Origin: Felis catus
Taxonomy: Eukaryota
DNA: 64,000 nucleotides
Assembly (NCBI RefSeq): GCF_018350175.1
Contig: NC_058368.1
Coordinates: 135,100,001-135,164,000 of the forward strand
Direction of reading: 5' to 3'
The position numbers and the translations under genes are program-made. Positions 13,428 to 23,705 of the stretch are shown piece by piece; positions within the stretch are counted from its first letter, which is position 1, and each line of letters begins with the position of its first letter. The notes under the pieces are model-generated. The model was not told the origin of the DNA. It did not search any database and saw only the letters and a program-made list of their open reading frames with translations.

Positions 13428-13464
<37 letters not shown>
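13282..13464. repeat. Compound (CA)n/(CG)n microsatellite region
   Basis: Two CA arrays flanking a degenerate CA-rich spacer; (GC)6 at 13414-13425. Confidence 0.95.
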
Positions 13465-13465
<1 letters not shown>

Positions 13466-13788
13466 GTTTAGTACAACCCGCCTCCTGACTTTGACCTCCT
13501 ATGCAACTACTTGGCCCCCTCTTCCTTGACATCCCAGCTCCACTCCCAAGCAGGATGAAAATGGTTGACCTTTTGGGATCTATCTGGCAATGGCCACATT
13601 CACATTCAAGACTCAGTTCCAAAGCTCATGCCGGGTCCTCAGCTTCTCCAGTGCCAACAGCACATGCCCCTATCCTATTTTTTCTGCTAATCAAGATTAT
13701 CAGAATGCAATCAGAAATCAGTGAAATTTTCATGGGGTTAACCTTGAATCTGTTCTAATTAATTATAATTTCTCAAAATTCTACATAA

Positions 13789-14163
13789 GTGTTAAGGATT
13801 GAATGGTGTCTCCCAAAAAGGTGTGTTAAAGTCCTAACTCTTGGTACCTGCGAATGTGACCCCATTTGAAAACAAGGTTTTTGAAGATGTAACCAAGTTC
13901 AAACGAGATCTTTAAATTGGCACCTAAGCCAACATGACTGTGGTTTCCCCTAAGAGGAAAAGATCAGAGACACACAGGGAGATCACCATGCGACAACAGA
14001 GGTAGAAACTGGAGTGGTACAGCAGCAAGGCAAGGATTACCAGCTAAACCAGAAAAGAGGCAGGAGCAACAAATGACTTTCCAGGGCCAGAGGGAGCATA
14101 GTCCTGCTGATACCTTGATTTCAGACTTCTAGATCCCAGCACTGTGAGAAAATAAATGCTGTT
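13789..14163 (+). mobile_element. MaLR LTR (MLT1B/C-like), 3' end truncated
   Basis: 'tgttaaggattgaatggtgtctcccaaaaagg...gaatgtgaccccatttgaaaacaagg...taccttgatttcagacttctag...ctgtgagaaaataaatg'. Confidence 0.85.
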
Positions 14164-14218
14164 AGCAAAGGCAAGCATGAGGAGAGAACATGGGAACCAC
14201 GTTGGGTAGGAGCCAGGT

Positions 14219-14556
14219 TGTCCTAGTCAGCCTGAGCTGCTGTAGCAGAATCCCGTCAACTGAGTGTCTTATAAACAATACACGTTTAGTTCTCATAGCT
14301 CTGGAGGCTGGGAAGCTCAAGATCAAAACATCAGTAGATTGAGGGTGTAGTCATGACCCACTTCCTAGTTCATAGATGGCCCTACAACCTCACAAGGCAG
14401 GGCAGAGAAGGGAGCTCTCCAAAGTCTTTTTTTTTTATATATATATAACTTATGAGGGCTCCACCCTCATGACCTATGCACCTCTTAAAGGTCCCCCTCC
14501 AAATATATGTTGATTTAACATGAATGTTGGGGAATACAAATATTCAGTCTAGAGCA
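14219..14556 (-). mobile_element. MaLR solo LTR (MLT1A-like)
   Basis: 'tgtcctagtcagcctgagctgctgtagc...tctggaggctgggaag...gagggctccaccctcatgacct...attcagtctagagca'. Confidence 0.85.
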
Positions 14557-15059
14557 CTGGTCCTTGGTCAATGTAGACTCCCTTAAGTCAACATCAAGCA
14601 ATTACTTTCGGGACCTCATTTGCTCCAGCTCTTCCAGGGAATTTGATTCCACCTTGATCATCTACTGCTCATTAAAAAGTAACTTCTTATCCCTGTGCAC
14701 ATTTTCATTTATATTTATGGAAATCTTAGGTGTAGCTGAGTGTATTCTGCATGTTTCTGGGTGAGCATCAGTCCATGGAATGTGCTCCTGGCTGTAGTTC
14801 ATTTCTTGTGTTCAATGACAACATAGCAATTACAACAGTTGATGGTGTACCTTGAATATGCTAGGGCTACCCCTTTAGGTGACTTGGTTAGAAAACATCC
14901 AAACCAGGGAGAAAAGAAGATGTTTTGGGAGGCTGGAAGTATAGAAATCATCAGAAAGCAGAAGAGAAGCTTCCAGAAAACAAAGGATAATGTGTATTCA
15001 CAGAGGAGGAAACAGAAGTTCTTATTTATTCTATCAACTGTACCTACACACCAGGTATT

Positions 15060-15230
15060 TAACATCTCTACTGATATCTAATCCTAATAATATCTTTGGT
15101 TATGGATGTCATGCCCATAAAAGCATAATGAAATTGAAGTTCTGAGAACTTAAGTAATCTTCTCTAAGTCACATAGCTACTAAGTGGGAGAGCTAGGATG
15201 TGAATCCAGTTATGTCTGATTCCTAACCGT
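15060..15230 (-). mobile_element. MIR SINE
   Basis: 'gaaattgaagttctgagaacttaagtaatcttctctaagtcacatagctactaagtgggagagctaggatgtgaatcc'. Confidence 0.75.
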
Positions 15231-15454
15231 CACTTGTAGTGAGAACTCAAACATTAGATCACCCTTTAGAAGAGCTGTTCAGATTTATCAGAATCAAGGA
15301 AGGAAGCTGGATTCTCTTACTACCGACTTTAAATTGTAGGTAGCCACATTTTTTACATTGCATAATGGCAGTTTGATATTGATACTAAGAAGGTTACACT
15401 AACATGTACTGGTTAAAATAATCACTGACTGAGAGCTGGGATTTAGGCAATTAC

Positions 15455-15922
15455 CACGGCCCTTTCCTTTCTCCATAGTAACAGAACCCCCCATTTTTAA
15501 TTAAACTCACAGCCACATTTATTGGTTTCCTTTACAACTTGATGTAACCATGTCTCTAGGTGCTGACCAATGGGAAATGCAGGGAACTGTCATGCCATTT
15601 CAGTAAACTTTGCTAAAGAAAGCTTAAGATACCCTTTGTCCCTTTCTTCTCCACCCCTTCTTCCTTTCGTGGCACTTGGATAGGATGGCTTGAATTCCAA
15701 CCACCATGTTGGGACCCTGAGGACAAAACTCTCACTCTAGAGACACCAGAGCACTAAGTGGAAGAGGCCAAGTCCTGAGGACTTTGTGAAGCAGAGTTGC
15801 CAGTCAGTCCTCAACTGCCCACCTCCTACATGTTCACAAAAGAGAAACAAATGTCTCTCTTATTCAAGCTACTGTAGTTTGGGTCTTTGTTACAGGAAGC
15901 CAATACTTATCCTAATTGATGT
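15455..15922 (+). mobile_element. Old MaLR LTR (MLT1J-like)
   Basis: 'ttcctttctccatagtaacagaacccc' and 3' 'gagaaacaaatgtctctcttattcaagctactgtagtttgggtctttgttaca'. Confidence 0.65.
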
Positions 15923-16881
15923 AGGTTCATCATAAAGAAGCACTCCACTAAGAGCAAAAGATACCGCAGGGATTGGCCTGTGCCAGTAGCTTCCGTATTA
16001 TAGAGGCTTCTGTCCTTTTAACAAACAAACAGAAAGGATGCCTCCTTCTTTATATTTCCTAGGTACCTTCATAGACTCCCCCTTCCCTCACAAAAAGCCT
16101 AAAGCCCTCAAGTCAAGTATTGGGTACTCAATTCCCATCTATTGCCAATAAATTCAATAAAATGTTTTTACATTTTTTTATTTTTCTCCATTTCTTCATT
16201 TGTCTCAGTCACTGCTACTTTTACTCGCAATCGAGTGTCTCAGTCACTCGCTACTTTTACTGCTACTTTTGCTCTATAATCTGGTTTGTTAAAAACAGTG
16301 ATGAGAGGGGACACCATTGCCTTGTTCCTGGTCTTCGTGGGAGACATTATGCTATACACTTTCCATGCAGATCTCAGAAAATCTTTGCAAAGACCCTGTG
16401 AGATAAGAACTATTGTAATTCTTATTTTTTTTTTTTCATCTAAGGATACTAAAACCAAGCGAGGTCATGACCAAGGTTACATGTTTTATAAGTGGTTACA
16501 GGTGAGATTTGAACTCTCATACTCTGTCTCCACTATCTGGCTTCTTAGCTACTATTTCAGGCACTAAGACAACCTGGGAAAAAGTATCAAGATCCAAGAG
16601 ATACTCAGACTTTTCAGCAAGTAAACAGATCCACGGAGGTATTAAAACGAGCATATATTGCAAAAGCTACTCAATTGACTAACATTTAGAATCTATCTGA
16701 ATTATACCTTAATAGATAAAGCTCAGGGGAATCAGTCTGCTGAATTCACCATATTCCTCTCTTATAATTAATTTAGTCATACACATGCTCCTAGAAACGA
16801 CACTGTTAGCAGTCACACAACAGAAATTAATGTGATGCCACCCTAGACCTCTGAGGTCCCTGTTCTAAAATGCAATGGCCT

Positions 16882-17088
16882 GGGAGCCTGGGTGGCTCAG
16901 TTGGTTGAACCACCAACATCCGCGCAAGTCAAGATCTCACAGTCTGTGAGTTGGAGCCCCAAACTGTGCTTGCCGCTGGGAGCACAGAGCCTGCTTCAGA
17001 TCTTCTGTTCCCCTCTCCTTCTGTCCCTCCCCTGCGCGCGCTCTCAATCTCAAAAATAAATTTTAAAAACCTTAAAAAATTTTTTAAA
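16882..17088 (+). mobile_element. Can-SINE (feline type, diverged)
   Basis: tRNA-derived head 'gggagcctgggtggctcagttggttgaa', CT-rich segment, A-rich tail. Confidence 0.92.
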
Positions 17089-17104
17089 TAAAATGGGCAT
17101 TTTT

Positions 17105-17324
17105 TTTTAATTTTTTTTCAACGTTTTTTATTTATTTTTGGGACAGAGAGAGACAGAGCATGAACGGGGGAGGGGCAGAGAGAGAGGGAGACACAGAATC
17201 GGAAACAGGCTCCAGGCTCCGAGCCATCAGCCCAGAGCCTGACGCGGGGCTCAAACTCACGGACCGCGAGATCGTGACCTGGCTGAAGTCGGACGCTTAA
17301 CCGACTGCGCCACCCAGGCGCCCC
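17105..17324 (-). mobile_element. Young feline Can-SINE (SINEC_Fc-type) with perfect 16-bp TSD
   Basis: Full-length and CpG-rich; TSD taaaatgggcattttt at 17089-17104 and 17325-17340. Confidence 0.97.
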
Positions 17325-17996
17325 TAAAATGGGCATTTTTGAAAGTACAGAGAGTAACATCTTCTGAAATCAGTTAGCAACAAGAGCAAACCTGATGAGA
17401 CCATGCATATTGTCACCGCAGGCGACACCCTCTGCTTGTGTTGTAATGGCTCACCTGTTGTAGTGGGTGGGAGAAGAGACAAATTGCTCCTCACCCACGT
17501 GACCAGAAACAATCTTCCGGGGAGACTAGATTTTAGGAAGGGTTTCTCTTCAAGCAAGAAAAGTAGCACTTCTCCTTTCTGTGTGGACTTCGCACTAAAG
17601 GAGATTCACCCAAGTTTGGACTTAGATGTCAAGAGCCGGAAGATAAATTTTGCTGAATTCTGAAAGTGCACTCAGTTCACTGAGTGGCTTTTGGTGTGTG
17701 TGTTGGGGGGGGGGGGGGATGGTGGATGGGTGATATTCTCTTATTCTTACACCTGTGTCCCAAATACAGTGACTGTTGTGAATAGCAGGATCCCGAAAGG
17801 TCCAGAGGAACTCGCTGCTCCTCTGGGTGTGAGTGGAAACAGGGGGAGATGCAGTTCATTTGCATAAGGACCACAGGTGTCCTACAGGAGTGACTGAATG
17901 TGGTGAGGCTGAGAGAGGGCTCAACTGCTGGAATGAAGTCTGCTCTAGCATCCCAGTCCTGCACTCAGATTCACCCTCAGGGAGAGGCTGTAGGTA

Positions 17997-18470
17997 CTCT
18001 ATTCATTTCCTGCGGCCGCTGTACCAAGTTCCCACACACCAGGGGCTTAAAACACCCGTTCTCTTTCAGTTCTGCAGGTTGCAAATCCAAAGTCACTATC
18101 TCTGGGCGGAAATCAAGGTGTTGGCAGGACCACGAGGGAGGATCTCAGAGAAAATCTGCTCTTTGCCACTTGGAGCTTCTCGGGGCCACAGCACTCCTTG
18201 GCCTGTGGTCATGTGACTCCACTCCTCAAGGTCAGCATCCTCGAACATCTCTCTCCGCTCTGGCTTCCCATGGCCTTCTCCTCTGCATCACTCTTATTAG
18301 GATACACGGGATTATATTGGGATTCCACTCTGATAACCCAGGACAGTCTCCGCATCTCAAGAGCCTTGAACTAAATCACAGATGCAAAGATTTTGCTGTA
18401 TAAGTTAACATTCACGAGTTCCGGGGATTAAGACCTAGTATCTTTGGGGACTACTATTCAGCCTACTACA
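17997..18470 (-). mobile_element. MaLR LTR (MLT1D-like)
   Basis: 'aaatcaaggtgttggcaggac...gttccggggattaagacctagtatctttggggactactattcagcctactaca'. Confidence 0.82.
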
Positions 18471-20391
18471 GAAACAGAAGCCTCACCGTGGAGTCTGTGG
18501 GGAATACTTTCTTGGCCAGGTCCCCAGAAATTACTCTATCTTTCTAATGAAGGACGGCAGTTAAACAATGACTCTAATTACAGTGCTATATGTGCGTCTG
18601 CTATGTAAATGCAATTTGTTAAGGTTGCTAATATAGCCAAGGAAATCATAGATTTGTTCAACATTCAGCTACTTTCCGTCGAGCAGTCAACCCCCAAATT
18701 ATTTGGGTTTTGCCTGGACCATTATTTCAATTGAATTAATGCTGTAAAAAGGAATGTGAGTGTATTTATGTGGACTCAAGTTACAAAATGCTAAATTTAG
18801 TGTATGTTTTCTGAGGTGCGGCTCATTCGTGACTTCTGTTCCTATCATCTCGTGTTTGCACAGCTGGTAACCGTAAATTCGACGTAAAACACCATTTGAA
18901 AAGCCAGCAGACATTTCACTGACCTTGAGGGTGAATTTGTCACTGCTTAATTCTATGATGATCTATATTCTGGTCTGTTGCCTTTGCAGGAAGGTAATGG
19001 CTGTGGTGTTACTCACTTGCCGGGGGTCCAAGGTTGGCCTGGCTTGTCACGTCACAAGATATGTGAACCACACCCAGAACTTTTTCCTGATCTAACCACA
19101 GAGATGAATACTGACCCATCCCATTTGATTAAGCAAAGGTATAATCCTGGCACTGGGGAAGAGGGGGGTGGGGTGGGTGATGCTCAGAGAGTTCCAAGTT
19201 CAGTGGCAGCCATAGTTAACCTCAGACTCAGAGGTCTCAGGGATGTGGAGGCAAAGGATGTTATTCATTGAAAGCAGAACACACCCTCTTTCCAGCCATC
19301 TTCCTATCAAGGAAGGCTCTATTGCCCTTCACTCTAGCCCTTTATCAGCAGTTGGTTCCTTTCACATCCTTTTCTAATGGCCTGGAAAGGGGATCTCGGT
19401 TTCTAAGAGTGGCCCTGAGTACACTGAGCAAAGCCTTGCGATGAAAATGCCTGCCCAAGTTCCTCCTTTTCAGTTTCTAACAGGCTCCGAATGGCTTGCG
19501 AAGGAAAATGGATCTTCAGCAGCTGCCTTCAAGGTTACCAACCCCCTCTCCCCTCCAGCCCCTGCCAACCCCACAAAAAGTACATACTCTCCTTCATGAG
19601 GACCTGAGAGGCCGCCAGTCAATGGCTGACAGAAATGGAAAATCGATTTCAGATTTATCTCCGCTGGGAATTAAGTATATTCCTTAGAAATAATGAATTA
19701 TGAGGTCATCGAGGGCTTGTTCTTTTTCCTGCTTGCAGAGACATTTTAATTGAAGAAAAAGTGACGAATGAACAGGACATTCTAATTCCAGTGATGTGCT
19801 TTTTCCCATTTTAATGTCAGCTGAACCACAAAAATGTTCATTTTTCTCTCTTCATTATTCCTCAGGGTTCAGGAGGAACACTGTTGCCAAAGGGGAAAAA
19901 AACTGGGTAACTCCTGCTCCCTCCACCCAGCTTTCAAAACACTCAGTAAGATACAGCTCTGGCCTCAGCCAGCCTGTGTTTTCACTAGTGGTGCAGCCAT
20001 GATGCTCACTAGCACTGGTGAGTGCTAGTAACAGGACTAGGGTACCCCTAAGAAACATTCTCCATACGTCTTCGATAACAGTGGGACACAAGGAAGAAAG
20101 TCATTCAGAACCCACAACACTGAACATGGTGGACCAGCCTGATAGGCAAAAATCAGTAGTTCCCTTAGCAAGCCTTGCAACCAACACACGCACAACCGCT
20201 CCCCACCCCACCCAAGTGCACAGGTACCATCTACTGAGTGCCAGGTATGATTCTAATCCTGTTAAAACCCTGTCAACAGACATTGTCTAATCCTTGTAAG
20301 AGCCCTCAGACATCCCACAATTAGTCAACTGTAGGGCTGGGGTTAGAACCCAGGTCACACAGTCTGCGTTCTTAAACACTGTGCTCTTATC

Positions 20392-20514
20392 CAGCAGTTC
20401 CCAAACATCGGCACAAAACGGAACCACCTGAAGGGGTTGTCAAACCAGAATGCTGAGCCTCACCCCATAACTTCGGATGCAGTAGGTTGGGGGTTCACAC
20501 TTTGAGCACCACTA
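20392..20514 (-). mobile_element. MER5A-like hAT DNA transposon, internally deleted
   Basis: TIR-like ends 'cagcagttcccaaac' and 'cacactttgagcaccacta'. Confidence 0.7.
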
Positions 20515-20699
20515 CTCTAGCATCTCATTCTGATGGTCAACAGTCATATTCTAAAGGCTCTAGCCACGGAAGAACCTCAAATACGGAAAGCCATTCTAGG
20601 GTTTCTGTTCCTTTCTCTACTTCCTAAGAAAAAAATCTGAGAACAGTGGCTGGTGTACCCAAGACCAGGCAGAGAAATAGGAAAAAGGATGAAGTTAGA

Positions 20700-20864
20700 G
20701 GGGTGCCTGGGTGGCTCAGTCGGTTAAGCCACTGACTTTGGCTCAGGTCATGATCCTGTGGTCTGTGAGTTCAATCCCGCATCGGGCTCTGTGCTGACAG
20801 CTGTGAGCCTGGAGCCTGCTTCAGATTCTGTGTCTCCCTCTCTCTCTGCCCCTCCCTTGTTCAT

Positions 20865-20914
<50 letters not shown>

Positions 20915-21144
20915 AAACATTAGGGGCGCCCGGGTGGCTCAGTCGGTTAAGCATCCGACTTCGGCTCAGGTCATGATCTCGAGGTCCATGAGTTCGAGCC
21001 CCGCGTCGGGCTCTGTGCTGCCAGCTCAGAGCCTGGAGCCTGTTTCAGATTCTGTGTCTCCCTCTCTCTCTGACCCTCCCCCGTTCATGCTCTGTCTCTC
21101 TCTGTCTCAAAAATAAATAAACGTTAAAAAAAAATAAACATTAA
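20700..21144 (+). mobile_element. Outer feline Can-SINE whose tail hosts a second SINE
   Basis: Head 'ggggtgcctgggtggctcagtcggttaag'; TSD aaaaagga(t/c)gaagttagag at 20682-20700 and 21145-21163. Confidence 0.93.
20923..21131 (+). mobile_element. Inner (nested) feline Can-SINE
   Basis: Full-length copy; TSD aaa(c/t)aaacatta at 20911-20922 and 21132-21143. Confidence 0.95.
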
Positions 21145-22084
21145 AAAAAGGACGAAGTTAGAGATGCACATTTCTCTTCTACCAACTTCTCAGTTCAAAT
21201 AGAACTGACTAGAGTTGCCGAGGATACCCATCCTTAAGAGCATAGCTATGCCCGTTGAAGTGACTGACTCTTTCACGTGGGCAGGAGTTGATTCTATGGG
21301 AATGACTCTCTCTTCTCTACCATCCCAGCTCTTGCATGAGTGCTCATCATTTAAAATACTTGGTGTTCTCGGTCTCAAGCCACCCTGACCCTACCATTTT
21401 GAAGCCATGGCGAACTTAGCCGCTGATGCACCACAACAGCTGCAACCTCACTACCACGGAGTTGTAGCTTTTCCGTCTCTGTGAGGGTGTGACCCCATCT
21501 CATATTCTCACTGATCTTTCTTGAATTATTATTGCTGTTTTCTCAGGTATTAGCTCACTATTGGTTGATTCAGTAACGAACCTGATGTAGTCTCATAAAA
21601 TGAAATGCCTAACATAGGTAGACACAGCCCAATACTTTGACTACACTGGGCAAGGATCTAACATGACTCTCTTGCCACCCTTCTCTTTCCCCAACAACAT
21701 CCATGCCTTGGGCCTCAAACAGCCACTCTTTTCCTCTCTTGCACTCCCTTGAGAAACTGAGGACTTTCAGAATGGAGGACAATTATACAACTCCCTCCAA
21801 GGACAGAGGAGACTTCTATAACACTCCTGAACCTCTATAAAACAGGGGTGGCCAGATCTCTGTAGCCTCACGGAGCTACTGTGAAGCAGGTGTGCTCCTC
21901 AGAAAAGAAGCTTGACAGGACAAAAGTCTACAGACTAAGGTTTCACGTTTTAATATGAAAATGTCACAAGATAATAATGGGAGGTAAGGCTTTAGGTTTC
22001 ACCTGTCTATACTGAAAGGCTTGTCGGAAGTTATTTCCTTACTAATAATTTTAAAAAATGGGCAGCATTCGCCTGGAATGGCAA

Positions 22085-22270
22085 GGGGAACCAACATTTA
22101 TGGGCACCTGGAATATAGAGGTTCTAGCTATGCTATTCAATTTAGCCATCACAATGGCTCTGAGAGCTTGACCTTATTATTCCCATTTTATAGAAAAGCT
22201 GAGGCTAAGAAGTTATGTAATGTGCCCAAGATCAAATTGAGTCAAGGCTGGAACCCAGACTTGTCTTTCT
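22085..22270 (-). mobile_element. MIR SINE
   Basis: 'ttattattcccattttatagaaaagctgaggctaagaagttatgtaatgtgcccaagatc...gaacccagacttgtct'. Confidence 0.75.
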
Positions 22271-22404
22271 TCTATATACTATGGCTTTCTTGAAAAGCAT
22301 ATAGTTACTAACGATGGCAAAGTGAAGGACAAAGATAAGCAACCTTTCAAGGAAAATAAGAAAGAACATTCAATGGAAAAATATCAAAGCCATTTACATG
22401 GATC

Positions 22405-23242
22405 ACAGAACCAAGACATTTCCAATTCTGACACCGTTTCCAATGTGTTTTTTCTTTGACGTACCACCAAGCAATTAACCCAGTTCTCTGTGGACACTAG
22501 CCAGATGTCCCACAAAGTTAACTCAATTCTGACACGACCTACCTGGAGGTAGCATTAGATTCCATAGCGTAAGGACCCAGTCCCACAAGCCCTCACTTCA
22601 GATGCCAAATGCAAGTCAAGGTTATTACCTCCGTTTCTGACTGGCTACAAATGAGGGGTTCCCACAACTGCCTCCTTGGGTTCCATTAGCTTGCAAGAGC
22701 TACTTACAGAACCCAGGAAATCAGTTTACTTACCAGATTGCCCATCTATTACAAAGGAAATCACAGGATACAAATCAACAGCCAGATGAAGATACAGACG
22801 GCAAAGTCCCAAAGGCAGGAGCTTCTTTCTGCATGGATTTGGGGACCTGGCACATGGATGGATGCATTATGGTCCCTCAACCCAGAAGCTCTCTCTGAAA
22901 TCCTGTTCTTTAGGCTTTTGTGGAGGTAACTGAGGTTACCCAGGCATGATTGGCTACATCACTGGCCTTTGGTAACTGAACTCAGCCTCCAGCCTCTTCT
23001 GACACAAGGTCAGAGGGTGGGGCTGATCAACCCAACCCTCTAATCAGGTTGGTTCCCCCCAGCAACCAGCACCTTACTCTCCAGTTACCTGGAGCTCTCC
23101 AAGTTTGCCTCATTAACAGAATAAAAGACACCTTGATCAACTGATAGCTTCTCTTAGAAAATTCCAGGGGATTTTGGAGTCTGTGCCAGGAATGGAGAGG
23201 AAAACCAAATATGCATTTCTTACTGTAAATTGTAATATCACA
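22405..23242 (-). mobile_element. ERV solo LTR (MER21-like)
   Basis: 'caattctgacac...cctacctggaggtagcattagattcca...gggttcccacaactgcctccttgggttc' and terminal 'aattgtaatatcaca' (TGTGATATT start on the minus strand). Confidence 0.8.
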
Positions 23243-23492
23243 ACATTTAAAAACCATTAACAACAAGCAAAAATTCAAAAATAAAGAGAGATTTGAGAAG
23301 TATTAAGAGATACTAATAGAAAGTTTCAGGAAAATTGGAGTCCAATCTTTGCTAACAAGTAGCAGAAAAGAATGGGCAACAAATGCTTACCCGTGAAGGT
23401 ATGAATATACCATAATGAAGACACAGAGAAACAGGAGTACCATTATGAAGAATGGGAATGTGGACAAAACCAACTAAAATAAAGTATTTCTT

Positions 23493-23705
23493 TTTATTTT
23501 TTAAACGTTTATTTATTTTTGAGAGACAGACGGAGAGCATGAGTGGGGGGAGGGGCAGAGAGAGAGGGAGACACAGAATCCAAAGCAGGCTCCAGGCTCT
23601 GAGCCATCAGCCCAGAGCCCGATGCGGGGCTCGAACCCACCAACTGCGAGATCATGACCTGAGCTGAAGTCAGACACTCCACTGACTGAGCCACCCAGGC
23701 GCCCC
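23493..23705 (-). mobile_element. Feline Can-SINE with 14-bp TSD
   Basis: TSD ataaagtatttctt at 23479-23492 and 23706-23719. Confidence 0.96.

Noticed and set aside
16201..16261. Repeat-spacer-repeat resembling a mini CRISPR array
   Set aside because: Only two units, a 10-bp spacer, no cas genes and a mammalian context.
17118..17360. Recurrent ORFs with 'GAPGWLSRLSV...EPGACFRFCVSLSL' peptides (also ~20.9, 23.5, 29.5, 60.5 kb)
   Set aside because: Translations of Can-SINE sequence, not a gene family.
17900..18403. 167-aa and 127-aa ORFs
   Set aside because: They lie largely within an MLT1D-like LTR and resemble no known protein.
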